Notes under the pieces: model-generated
What the model saw: the letters and a program-made list of their open reading frames with translations, nothing else
Told to the model about the DNA's origin: nothing
Databases searched by the model: none
Assembly: GCA_050287845.1 (NCBI GenBank)
Contig: JBNKCR010000129.1
Coordinates: forward strand, 7,364-71,363
DNA from: Polyangia bacterium
Lineage (GTDB): Bacteria > Myxococcota_A > Polyangia > JAAYKL01
Length of the DNA: 64,000 bases
Direction: 5' to 3'
Shown: one piece after another, positions 29,379 to 38,989 of the stretch
How positions within the stretch are numbered: the stretch's first letter is position 1
Layout: each line of letters begins with the position of its first letter
Position numbers and translations under genes: made by a program

Positions 29379-30432
29379 TCCGGCATCGCCTGTGCTGACT
29401 GTCTGCGGCAATATGAGTCTTGCACGAACGCGTAGGATACCGCCCGGGGCAAGGATCACCGTGGAACGGCATAGCGGAGTATGCGCGACGGATGTGGTGG
29501 CAACAGCGGACGTTTCGGGGCAGATGGTGTCGGTGGATGCCGCGGCGTTATTGGGCGTGGCCAAGGGGAGAATCCTCGATTGTCTGGCAGTTGGTATTGG
29601 CGACAAAGTAACTGAAGGTCAGGTGATTGGACGACGGGATGCGCTTATGGGAATATTTAAAACCGTACTTGTATCGCCTCTGAATGGCACCGTGGAAAGT
29701 GTATCCCGGGTGTCTGGACATCTGATGATACGCGAAACATCGCATCCGGTAAATGTGCGCGCGTATATCGCTGGACGTGTTGAAAAGATAGACCAGAAGA
29801 ACGGAGTGACGGTTTCAACCACCGGTGCACTGATTCAGGGGGTCGTCGGTGTAGGCGGCGAAGTGACTGGCACACTCTGTTCGACTCGGGACGAAAATCT
29901 GGCCGGTCGAATTGTGTGTGCCTTTGAATCGATAGATGCGCAGGGACTTCGTCATTTTCGCGATGCAGGTGCGCTTGGTGTGATTGCACCGGGGATTGAT
30001 GGAAAAGCGTTGATGAATTTTTGTGGTGCGCATTTGAATCCAGCGGCGACCGGGGATGAAAACGTGGGAATTACCATGGTGTTCACAGAAGGGTTCGGTG
30101 CGCTGCCAATGGCGGCGAAAACCCGAAGTATACTGATGGCGCTGATGAACCGGGAAGTATCGATGAGCGGCGTCACTCAGGTGCGGGCGGGAGTGATTCG
30201 ACCGGAGCTGATTGGTCCGCCAGTGACGGTGGCTGATGGTGAAAATTCTCATTCTATCCCCGGGCGTCTCGTTAAAATCCTCCGGGGACGCCACATGGGG
30301 CGCGAAGCCCTTATCATGGATGAACCGGCAACCCCCCAACTTCTGCCATCCGGCATTTCTGCGCTCATCTACAGGCTGAAACTGACCGATAGCGGAGACG
30401 TCATCACTGTTCCAAGGGTAAATGTGGAGTAG
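29371..30432 (+). CDS. hypothetical protein, translationally coupled to the GlmL-like gene
   Basis: Start at MSNPASPVLT overlaps the upstream stop by 8 nt; 353 aa; Gly/Val-rich with a barrel-sandwich-hybrid-like segment (GQVIGRRDALMGIFKTVLVSPLNGTV). ORF opens at 29227. Confidence 0.55.
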   Translation: MSNPASPVLTVCGNMSLARTRRIPPGARITVERHSGVCATDVVATADVSGQMVSVDAAALLGVAKGRILDCLAVGIGDKVTEGQVIGRRDALMGIFKTVLVSPLNGTVESVSRVSGHLMIRETSHPVNVRAYIAGRVEKIDQKNGVTVSTTGALIQGVVGVGGEVTGTLCSTRDENLAGRIVCAFESIDAQGLRHFRDAGALGVIAPGIDGKALMNFCGAHLNPAATGDENVGITMVFTEGFGALPMAAKTRSILMALMNREVSMSGVTQVRAGVIRPELIGPPVTVADGENSHSIPGRLVKILRGRHMGREALIMDEPATPQLLPSGISALIYRLKLTDSGDVITVPRVNVE

Positions 30433-30523
30433 ACACACACATAGATGCGTCATTGAATTTGCTCTATACTCTACGTTCGGGAATTTGCATCGGCACAGAC
30501 AGAGGCTTCGGTCTCAGATTCCT

Positions 30524-31441
30524 TCATGTGGTTTTTGCTTTTGCGTATTCAATTTCCGGATAGATTTTTTTAATGCACGCTGGACAGATGCTGTGACTGA
30601 AAATCACGTCAGCGTGCCGGGACAGATAAATCTCCATCTGGTTCCAGTATCCTTTGTCGTCCCGAATCTGCTTGCACGACGAACAGATTGGTAACAGTCC
30701 CTGTAACGTTTGGCTTTTTTCGATGGAATCCAGCATCTGGGCGGACACAACGTATCGCTTGCGACTGACAAACTCAGTGTAATATGCGAGAAATGTGAAC
30801 GCGAGCATGAAACTGATAAAAAAGAAGTTGTAAATAAGAAATATAAACGCATTTGTTGGCACGATGACCCCAATCAAGAGCTCAAAAATGACCATGCTGC
30901 CCATGAGGGCGAAAATGGAGTATGTGAAGCCGATACCCACAGTACAGAATATGCCGCAGAAAGAAAGCACAACGCCCATGATATACGGAGAGAATACGCC
31001 GGGGGGACTGAGCGCTGTCTGGATGGTGCAGAATGTACCCACCAGAATAATAAAAAGCGTTGAACTCCACACCAGATAGGGTCTGATGGGATGCCACCAC
31101 GAGAAAGCCAGCATTGCACCTGCCAGACTCAACAGAATGATTCTTGAGGTGATGACCAGAGCGGCCTGCGGTCCAAAGAAGGGCTTGTCCAGGATGCTGA
31201 AAATACTGCCGAACAGGATCACCATGATCCACGCGACACGGACAAAATTTATCGTTGAATCAACCGTTGTCTGACGGTATTTTTTTTCGATTTGATTATC
31301 CAGAAAGTGTAACAGAAATTTGTGGAGTCGATACTTTTCGGCGTTCATATTCACATCTTCAATTGCAGTGCCTGATTGGTTCGAAACAGCCGAATCCGGG
31401 TGCGGAATAACCAGGGCGTTGTCAGTCAGCTTGAGCAGCAA
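30524..31441 (-). CDS. polytopic membrane protein with C-terminal CxxC-N(27)-CxxC tail
   Basis: About six hydrophobic helices followed by the cytoplasmic tail LPICSSCKQIRDDKGYWNQMEIYLSRHADVIFSHSICPACIKKIY. Start may be the internal MNAEKYRL (31348). Confidence 0.6.
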   Translation of the reverse strand: MLLKLTDNALVIPHPDSAVSNQSGTAIEDVNMNAEKYRLHKFLLHFLDNQIEKKYRQTTVDSTINFVRVAWIMVILFGSIFSILDKPFFGPQAALVITSRIILLSLAGAMLAFSWWHPIRPYLVWSSTLFIILVGTFCTIQTALSPPGVFSPYIMGVVLSFCGIFCTVGIGFTYSIFALMGSMVIFELLIGVIVPTNAFIFLIYNFFFISFMLAFTFLAYYTEFVSRKRYVVSAQMLDSIEKSQTLQGLLPICSSCKQIRDDKGYWNQMEIYLSRHADVIFSHSICPACIKKIYPEIEYAKAKTT

Positions 31442-31585
31442 CTATGTCCAGTGATCAAATGTGTTTCAAATTGCGGCTTTTGCAAATGAAAAGGAGCGGG
31501 TGCATGCATTTCTGGAGAAAAGGTGGCAAATGGACTGCAGGGTTATTGGTTTACTTGTCACCCGCGATGAACGGCGGCACCCCAT

Positions 31586-34500
31586 TCAGGGAGTATGCGG
31601 TTTGAACCCGCCTCCACCGGGGGTTTCGATGGTGAGGATGTCCCCGGGAAATACATCTACCGTATCACAGCCCCCCAGTGAAAGTTGCGTACCGTCTGCC
31701 CGTTGCAGGCTGTTTTTTCCCGGAGCGCCATTTTGACCGCCAAAGAGCCCTCTGGGGGCGTGGACGCGGTGACTCGATACAATGCTGACCGTCAGAGGCT
31801 CTTTGAAGGCAATGCGACGGATAGCACCGTTTCCGCCATTGAAGCGCCCCGGACCGCCGCTGCCATGCCGCACGGAAAACTGTTCCAGTTTCACTGGAAA
31901 TCGGGATTCCAGCACCTCGGGGTCCGTTATTCTGGAGTTGGTCATGTGGCATTGAATCGCGTCGGTGCCGTGAAACGATTGGCCGGCCCCACTGCCGCCA
32001 CAGATGGTTTCGTAGTATTGATACTGATAATTGCCGAAAGTGAGGTTGTTCATAGTCCCCTGGGAACCAGCCAGTTTGCCAAGGGCCTGCAACAGAACAT
32101 CCACGATGTGCTGGGAGGTTTCCACGTTGCCTGCCACCACGGCCATGGGATAGCCGGGGTGGAGTATGCATCCTTCCGGTACAATGATTTCAAGGGGAAT
32201 GAGACAGCCGCTGTTCAACGGAATGTCTCTTGTGAGTGTGCGAAAGACATAGAGTACCGCGGCATGGGTGATGGACAGGGGGGCATTGAAATTGTGTCCG
32301 GGGTTTTGCGGTGAGGTCCCGGTAAAATCAATTCGGGCGGTTCGTGCCGGCTGGTCGATATGAACACTCACACAAATCCGGTCTCCTGTATCCATTTCAA
32401 TTTCGGCAGCGCCGTTCTGCAGGGTAGTGAGCACCTCCCGCACCGATGCGGCGGCGTTGTTCTGGACGTGGGTCATGTAGTTGGTGACCACGACCGTTCC
32501 GAACTGGCTCACCAGATGACAGAGCTCCGCATCGCCTTTGGCATTGGCGGCCACCTGCGCACTGATGTCGGCGATATTGCACTGCACATCTCTGGCCGGA
32601 TGCGCAGATGCCAGAAACCGCTGTTGCAGTTCAGCTTCCTGGAATTCTCCGCGGTGGGCTATCCTTATTCCGTCGAACAGGATGCCCTCGTCATCAATGT
32701 GCACACTGTCGGGGGGGATCGAACCGGGGGTGGTGCCGCCGACATCGGCGTGATGTCCCCGGCTGGCAACAAAAAAGAGAGGCGTTTTTGCATTGGCCGC
32801 AAACACCGGCGTCACCACCGTGAGGTCAGGCAGGTGGGTACCGCCGTGATAGGGGGAATTGAGCAGGAACACATCGCCTTTTTCCATGGGGGAGTATTTC
32901 TCAATGATGGCCCTGACACTGGGGGACATGGAACCAAGATGAACGGGAATATGTGGGGCATTGGCCACCAGATTTCCCTGTGCGTCAAACACGGCGCAGG
33001 AAAAGTCCAGCCGTTCCCGGATATTGACTGACGCTGCCGTATTCTGGAGGGTGTATCCCATCTGTTCGGCCACGTTCATAAAACGGTTGTTGAACAGTTC
33101 CAGAAACACGGGGTCCACATCAGTGCCGACGGCAACCGTTTTGGGTAATGGCTTATGTCGGGTAAGGAAAAAGTGTCCGGCCGTGTGCAGCGTGGCCTGC
33201 CAACCCGGTTCAACCACGATGGTGGAATTGGGCTCGATGATAATACACGGACCGGTCAGTACCGCGCCCGGATGCAGGTCGTGGCGAAGGAAGATACTCG
33301 CATCCAACCATTTGCCGCCGGTAAAGAAACGGGTGTGCTTTCCCTCTTCAAGGATATATGAATCAGTAAGTGTTTCCGAAGCGTCTCGGGGCGTCATGCC
33401 TCCCTGACGTACTTCACACACGGCCTTGGCCACTTCGATGGGTTTTCGATTGAAAACAAATCCGAACCGGTTGCGGTGAATTTCTTCAAACTCTTTACGC
33501 ATCTGAGTGATGGCGCCGAACGGGACTGAAAGGGGGCTGTCTGTCCCTGAATATCGAAGCAGCAACCGCTGATACACCACCGGCGGTCGAAAGTGGGAGG
33601 AAAGCTCGGTGGCACACGCCCGGTTCAGTTTTTCAAATATGGCATGGAGCCCGGGGATATTTTCTTCCACCAGTTCGAGAAGTACCGAACGTTCCTTTAC
33701 CACCACGTTGTCGGCCAGTCCCATCCCCAGGGCGGAGAGCACGCCCGCTTCGGGATGGATGAACACGCGGGTCATTCCCAGCACGTCAGCTGTGCGGCAG
33801 GCATGCTGCCCCCCGGCGCCGCCGAAGCAGCACAGGGTGTATTCCCGAACGTTGTATCCCCGTTGCACTGAAATTCGCTTGATGGCCTGCGCCATATTTT
33901 CCACGGCGATGTCCAGAAAGCCTTCCGCGATGTCGGCGACGCTTCTGGATGTTCCGAAGGACCGGTTGATTTCGTCGGTCAAGGTCTCAAGCCGCAACAC
34001 CGCAGCCGCCCTATCGAGAGACTCGTCGCCGGATGGACCGAATACCTTTGGAAAATACTCGGGCAATATTTTTTTCAGCACCACGTTGCAGTCTGTCACC
34101 GTGGGCGGTCCGCCGCGGCGGTACGATGCCGGACCGGGACTGGCACCGGCGGATTCCGGTCCCACCTGGCAGCGGCCATCACTGAATTTGAGAATGGATC
34201 CGCCGCCCGCCGCCACGGTGTGAATGTTGAGCATGGGGCACTGCAGGCGGACATCGGCGATTTCGGATTCGTAGTTGAGTTCGTACTCACCGTTAAAGTG
34301 GGCGACGTCCGTGGAGGTGCCTCCCATATCAAAGGTAATCACGTTGTGATATCCGGCGGCCCGGCAAGTGGTGACTGCGCCAACGATGCCTCCGGCCGGC
34401 CCCGAAAGAATGCTGTCTTTGCCCTGAAAATGGGCGGCATCTATGAGGCCGCCATGGGATTGCATGAACATAAGCGACGGCATACCGCCATCCGGCGTTG

Positions 34501-35224
34501 CAGCGTTTGTATGCAGGCTTGATTGTACCTGCGAAACATAGCGTTTGAGGAGCGGTGACAGATATGCATCCACCACGGTGGTATCACCGCGACTGATAGC
34601 CTTGATGGATGGACTGATGCGGTGCGATACCGATATGTGATGAAAACCCATTTCAACCGCAATATCTGCAATCCGGTTTTCATGGGTCCCGTTGCGGTAT
34701 CCGTGCAACAGCACAATCGCCACGGTCCGAACGCCGGAAGACAGGATACTTTTCAGAACTCTGCGGGTATGGGGTTCATCCAATGGTGTCAATATAACGC
34801 CATTTGCATCAATCCGCTCCCGAATTTCATGGACACTTTCGTACAGGGCCAGCGGTCTCTGAATGTGCAGTCTGAATAGATCGCGGCGATGCTGATAGCC
34901 GATGTGAAGCAAATCTCCGAAGCCTTCGGTCACCAGAAGTGCCACCCGTTCCCCCCTGCGTTCCAGCAGCGCATTGGTACCTACCGTGGTACCCATCTTC
35001 ACCACTTCGATTTTGTCGGTGGTCCATGGGGAAGGATCTGCATCGGCGAGAAGTTTGCGGATGCCAAAAATGGCAGCATCCTTGTACTGCTCCGGATTTT
35101 CAGACAAGTATTTGGCGGAATGAATCTGCCCATCGGGCGAGCGGCCGACCACGTCGGTGAAGGTGCCCCCCCGATCTATCCAGAATTGCCATCGGCGGGT
35201 TTCGGAATGTTTTTTTCTGTTCAC
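31586..35224 (-). CDS. 5-oxoprolinase / hydantoinase family protein (fused HyuA-HyuB type)
   Basis: 1212 aa; N-terminal hydantoinase-A ASKHA motif [13 protein letters not shown] and a C-terminal hydantoinase-B-like half, in one polypeptide. Confidence 0.85.
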   Translation of the reverse strand: MNRKKHSETRRWQFWIDRGGTFTDVVGRSPDGQIHSAKYLSENPEQYKDAAIFGIRKLLADADPSPWTTDKIEVVKMGTTVGTNALLERRGERVALLVTEGFGDLLHIGYQHRRDLFRLHIQRPLALYESVHEIRERIDANGVILTPLDEPHTRRVLKSILSSGVRTVAIVLLHGYRNGTHENRIADIAVEMGFHHISVSHRISPSIKAISRGDTTVVDAYLSPLLKRYVSQVQSSLHTNAATPDGGMPSLMFMQSHGGLIDAAHFQGKDSILSGPAGGIVGAVTTCRAAGYHNVITFDMGGTSTDVAHFNGEYELNYESEIADVRLQCPMLNIHTVAAGGGSILKFSDGRCQVGPESAGASPGPASYRRGGPPTVTDCNVVLKKILPEYFPKVFGPSGDESLDRAAAVLRLETLTDEINRSFGTSRSVADIAEGFLDIAVENMAQAIKRISVQRGYNVREYTLCCFGGAGGQHACRTADVLGMTRVFIHPEAGVLSALGMGLADNVVVKERSVLLELVEENIPGLHAIFEKLNRACATELSSHFRPPVVYQRLLLRYSGTDSPLSVPFGAITQMRKEFEEIHRNRFGFVFNRKPIEVAKAVCEVRQGGMTPRDASETLTDSYILEEGKHTRFFTGGKWLDASIFLRHDLHPGAVLTGPCIIIEPNSTIVVEPGWQATLHTAGHFFLTRHKPLPKTVAVGTDVDPVFLELFNNRFMNVAEQMGYTLQNTAASVNIRERLDFSCAVFDAQGNLVANAPHIPVHLGSMSPSVRAIIEKYSPMEKGDVFLLNSPYHGGTHLPDLTVVTPVFAANAKTPLFFVASRGHHADVGGTTPGSIPPDSVHIDDEGILFDGIRIAHRGEFQEAELQQRFLASAHPARDVQCNIADISAQVAANAKGDAELCHLVSQFGTVVVTNYMTHVQNNAAASVREVLTTLQNGAAEIEMDTGDRICVSVHIDQPARTARIDFTGTSPQNPGHNFNAPLSITHAAVLYVFRTLTRDIPLNSGCLIPLEIIVPEGCILHPGYPMAVVAGNVETSQHIVDVLLQALGKLAGSQGTMNNLTFGNYQYQYYETICGGSGAGQSFHGTDAIQCHMTNSRITDPEVLESRFPVKLEQFSVRHGSGGPGRFNGGNGAIRRIAFKEPLTVSIVSSHRVHAPRGLFGGQNGAPGKNSLQRADGTQLSLGGCDTVDVFPGDILTIETPGGGGFKPHTP

Positions 35225-35367
35225 TGGGGTTTTCCTTCAACATCGGTCAGGCTCATGTCGCTGCATTTTGTTGCTGCTCAGCAACAGTTTTGGCGGGAAG
35301 ATAACACATTCGACAAATGGATGTCGTGCCAAATCAATGGGTGTAACGCGCCAATAGAGTGTCATCA

Positions 35368-36840
35368 TCAGGCTGGATTCGCCTGGCGCATCCGGCGTCG
35401 CAGCATGCAGCCGGTGACTTCAATGGGGTGACTGCGCAGACTTTCGTTGATGCTCGACAGGGTACGGTTGTCAACCGCTGTTTCACCGGATGAGAGTCCT
35501 TTGCCAATCACCGTTGTATCCACTGTGGTCATGAAATCGCGCAACAACGGGATGCAGGCGTTTGAAAAGAGGTAGTTGCCGTACTCTGCAGTATCCGAGA
35601 TGGTGATGTTCATTTCTTTCAGTTTTTTGCGGGCAATGGTGTTGGCAATGAGGGGCGTCTCATGGAGCGCCTCATAATATGCCGACTCCGGATAAATGCC
35701 GGCGGCGGTCATGGCTTCAAATGCCAGCTCCACCCCGGATTTGATAAACGCCACCATCAGAATACCGTTTTCAAAATAGTCCTGCTCCGGAATACTGTCC
35801 TTATCATCGCTTCTGGAATTTTCAAAGGGCGTCCGGGCGGTTTCCGAACGCCATCTGAGCAGATCCGCATCGTTGTTGGCCCAGTCCGCTATCATGGCGG
35901 CCGAGAAGTCGCCGGTGAGAATTTGCTCCATGTGTTTTTCAAACAATGGCCGCAGGATGTCCTTCAGGGTATCCGCCAGCTCGCAGGCCCGCACCCGGGC
36001 GGGATTGGACAGCCGGTTGAGCATCAGTGTGATGCCGCCCTGCTTGAGTGCATCGGTGATGGTTTCCCATCCATACTGAACCAGCGTTGCCGCATAGGAA
36101 GGGGCGATGCCGCCGGCAATCATTCTGTCGTAGCACAGGATGGATGCGGTCTGCTGGATCCCGCAGAGAATGGTCTGTTCTCCCATCAAATCCGATTTCA
36201 CCTCCGCCACAAATGAGGATTCCAGTACCCCCGCCCTATCACAACCCAATCCGCAGCAATAGGCTTTGGCCGTTTCGATTCCCCCGTTTTCCGGGTCATT
36301 CTCCCGGTGAACGGCAATGAGCGCCGGCACGCCGAATCCCCGCACATATTCCGCACGCACTTCTGAACCGGGCGATTTCGGCGCCACCATAATCACCGTG
36401 ATGTCGTCGCGAATGCGCATGCCTTCCTCGACAATATTGAATCCATGGGCGTACAGAAGCGTTGCCCCTTTTTTCATCAGAGGCATCACCGTTTCCACCA
36501 CCGCTGAATGTTGCCGGTCCGGTGTCAGATTGGCCACAACGTCGGCGGTGGGAATCAGCGTGTCACTGGTGCCCACTTCAAAGTGGTTTTCAACTGCCCG
36601 AATGTAACTGGGGCCGCGGTTGTCAATGGCTTCCTGTCGCAGGGCATAGGCCACATTCAAACCACTGTCTCTCAGATTGAGTCCCTGGTTGAGCCCCTGG
36701 GCGCCGCATCCGACAATGACAATCCGCTTACCCCGAAGACGCGCCACGCCGAAAAACTCGCTCGCATCCATCATTCGACAGCAGCCGAGTTCTCTGAGCT
36801 TCTGTGCAAAAGTCAGGGTATTGAAAAAATTCTGTCCCAT
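35368..36840 (-). CDS. ilvC: ketol-acid reductoisomerase, class II
   Basis: Start at MGQNFFNTL aligns with E. coli IlvC Met1 (MANYFNTL); Rossmann motif [12 protein letters not shown]; conserved [19 protein letters not shown] and C-terminal [13 protein letters not shown] blocks. ORF opens 24 codons upstream. Confidence 0.9.
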   Translation of the reverse strand: MGQNFFNTLTFAQKLRELGCCRMMDASEFFGVARLRGKRIVIVGCGAQGLNQGLNLRDSGLNVAYALRQEAIDNRGPSYIRAVENHFEVGTSDTLIPTADVVANLTPDRQHSAVVETVMPLMKKGATLLYAHGFNIVEEGMRIRDDITVIMVAPKSPGSEVRAEYVRGFGVPALIAVHRENDPENGGIETAKAYCCGLGCDRAGVLESSFVAEVKSDLMGEQTILCGIQQTASILCYDRMIAGGIAPSYAATLVQYGWETITDALKQGGITLMLNRLSNPARVRACELADTLKDILRPLFEKHMEQILTGDFSAAMIADWANNDADLLRWRSETARTPFENSRSDDKDSIPEQDYFENGILMVAFIKSGVELAFEAMTAAGIYPESAYYEALHETPLIANTIARKKLKEMNITISDTAEYGNYLFSNACIPLLRDFMTTVDTTVIGKGLSSGETAVDNRTLSSINESLRSHPIEVTGCMLRRRMRQANPA

Positions 36841-36964
36841 TGGTGTTTTCCTTTCACGAATCCACACGCCGATTTCGCCAGTGTGCGCACGTGTGGGGGC
36901 GGCAATTGCCAACCGTACAGAAAGTTTAGGAAAGAAGACTTGTTGCGTAAAGTGAATCTATGTA

Positions 36965-36995
36965 AATATGTAATTGCGTAATATGCAACAATAGG
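36965..36995. promoter_or_regulatory. putative LysR-type (IlvY) operator, TTGC-N7-GCAA dyad in the ilvC-ilvY divergent intergenic region
   Basis: Sequence ttgcgtaatatgcaa about 17 nt upstream of the ilvY start, fitting the T-N11-A LysR box architecture; position approximate. Confidence 0.35.
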
Positions 36996-37005
36996 ATGGC
37001 GAAGT

Positions 37006-37902
37006 ATGGACCATGGTGATTTACGAAATTTTATTGCCCTTGCTGAAACACTGCATTTTGCAAAAGCGGCAGCGCGGGTGCACATCAGTCCCTCCGCGCT
37101 CACCCGGGGAATTCAGCGGCTGGAATCCGAGGTGGGCCATACCCTCTTTGCCCGGGGAAACCGACATGTGAAGCTTACCCCGGCGGGGCGGACTTTTCTT
37201 ACTTACGCCGAAGGGGTGCTGGCGGACTGGGAGACCTGTCGTGCCACCCTGCAGAAAAAGGGCGACGTGGTGGAGGGCTCCCTCTCCATCTACAGTTCGA
37301 TTACCGCAGTGTACACCATTCTTTCCGCAGTGCTGCGTCCCTTTCGCAATCGATATCCGGCGGTACAGGTGAATCTGTCCACTGGCGCGGCGGCGGATGC
37401 CATTGGCAGGGTGCGAGACGGTCTGGCGGATTGTGCGGTGGCGGCTATGCCGGAGACGCTGCCTGCCTCGGTTTCTTTTTTGAACCTCACCACCACGGCC
37501 CTGGTGTGTATCGCCCCGGTGGGATTCAGGCGGATTCCCCGATTCAATCCGGCGGGGGGAGTGGATTGGCAGCGTACCCCCATCATTATGCCGGACAGAG
37601 ATGCGGCGCGAACCATGCAGCAGAAATGGTTTCTGGCCCAGGGCATTGCGCCGTTGATTTTTGCGGAAGTGGCCGGAAATGAAGCCATCATTGCCATGGT
37701 CAGCCTTGGATTCGGTGTGGGGATTGTTCCGGAAATCGTGCTGAATCAGAGTCCATTGCGGGAAAAGGTGCAGATCCTCAATATTTTGTCACCATTGCCC
37801 CCGTATGCCATCGGTGTTGTCTACGCAACCCGCCGGGAGACGGACCCCAGAATTGCCGCCTTCTGCGACGTTGCCCGGGAAACTGCCCTGGGAACCGGTT
37901 GA
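37006..37902 (+). CDS. ilvY: LysR-family transcriptional regulator IlvY
   Basis: 298 aa; N-terminal wHTH (LHFAKAAARVHISPSALTRGIQRLE); divergent from ilvC as in enterobacteria; collinear with E. coli IlvY by eye. Confidence 0.8.
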   Translation: MDHGDLRNFIALAETLHFAKAAARVHISPSALTRGIQRLESEVGHTLFARGNRHVKLTPAGRTFLTYAEGVLADWETCRATLQKKGDVVEGSLSIYSSITAVYTILSAVLRPFRNRYPAVQVNLSTGAAADAIGRVRDGLADCAVAAMPETLPASVSFLNLTTTALVCIAPVGFRRIPRFNPAGGVDWQRTPIIMPDRDAARTMQQKWFLAQGIAPLIFAEVAGNEAIIAMVSLGFGVGIVPEIVLNQSPLREKVQILNILSPLPPYAIGVVYATRRETDPRIAAFCDVARETALGTG

Positions 37903-37919
37903 AGCGCGGGAGTATCCGC

Positions 37920-38456
37920 TTATTCAACTTTTATAAAGCGGTCCGGGGAAACATTGCAGACGGGACAATCTTCGGTGGGTTCTCCCACGTGCACATATCC
38001 ACAGACGGAACATACGTAATAATCGCTTTCCCGTTCATCGAGCATGTGGTCAATGGCGCTCCGGTACAGTTTGCCATGCACCTCTTCGGCATCCCGCGCC
38101 TGAGAAAAGCTGATTTCCGCAGCGCGGTTCCCCTCCTCAATGGCAGTTTTGATGAACCTGGGATAAATGCCTTCGCTGATTCGGGTTTCGCTTTCAAAAC
38201 TCTCCTGGAGATTCTCCTGGGTGGATTTAATGACGCGCAGGATGCGCAGATGTTTCAGGGCGTGAATCTCCTCCGCGGCACTGATGGCGCGGAACAGACG
38301 AGCCATCTGGGGATATCCCTCCCTATCCGCCTTTTCGGCAAACCCTTTAAGACGCAACGCTGCCGTTGCTTCCCCGACAAACGCTTCGTAAAGATTGTCC
38401 TCGGTTTTCTGTTTTTCCGGTTTGAGTTTCAAAGCTTCCATTTCCTGCTCCATCAT
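37920..38456 (-). CDS. rbr: rubrerythrin
   Basis: 178 aa; ferritin-like diiron four-helix region with E-x-x-H pairs, then C-terminal rubredoxin-like CSVCGYVH...CPVC. Confidence 0.85.
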   Translation of the reverse strand: MMEQEMEALKLKPEKQKTEDNLYEAFVGEATAALRLKGFAEKADREGYPQMARLFRAISAAEEIHALKHLRILRVIKSTQENLQESFESETRISEGIYPRFIKTAIEEGNRAAEISFSQARDAEEVHGKLYRSAIDHMLDERESDYYVCSVCGYVHVGEPTEDCPVCNVSPDRFIKVE

Positions 38457-38527
38457 TTGCCATCGGTATATTGGTGATACCCGGCGATTTTATCCATGTC
38501 TGTTGCCATTGAAATATGAGTTTATTG

Positions 38528-38564
38528 CGCTGCTAACTGGTATAGTAATACCAGTTAGCAGAAT
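38528..38564. promoter_or_regulatory. perfect 13-bp inverted repeat (TGCTAACTGGTAT-N4-ATACCAGTTAGCA), candidate operator upstream of rubrerythrin
   Basis: Read directly from the sequence; about 75-105 bp upstream of the rbr start and followed by a TATAAT-like hexamer; position approximate. Confidence 0.4.
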
Positions 38565-38989
38565 TACTATAATCACAGATTCCGGATTCTCACCTGAATT
38601 TGCGATAAAATGTGTACTTTTTTCAGTGGCACACTGCGGCACAGTCGCCGAATCGGTGTTCAAACCGAATTCATCTTTAAATTCAGGCACATAACATAAA
38701 TGGAGCTAAGCAATCGGCAGTGGAATAGCACTTGCATCCGGAGTGGGCGTATAAAAAAGCCATCTCGCGGACCAGACGCTTTATTGGCCGAAACGGCCAT
38801 CCCGGGTTCGCCCGTACCGCAGGAGGGGTAAAAATTGCCATGGTACGGGCGAACCCATATTTCAGACACCCCGGTTCAGATTCCCGCAGATAATCCGCCC
38901 ATACTGTTGACGTTGCTCACCGGATTTCTTAGGTATCGCATCCGGACAGATATGCGCGGTGCGAAGAAAACCGGTGGGGATGAAGGCCT

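Noticed and set aside
36841-36912. 24-codon N-terminal extension of ilvC
   Set aside because: The Met at 36840 aligns with E. coli IlvC Met1; the extension is most likely untranslated leader.
38625-38650. Sigma-54-like promoter TGGCAC-N5-GGCAC
   Set aside because: The -12 element lacks TTGC and the spacing is off by one; no gene lies at an appropriate distance downstream.
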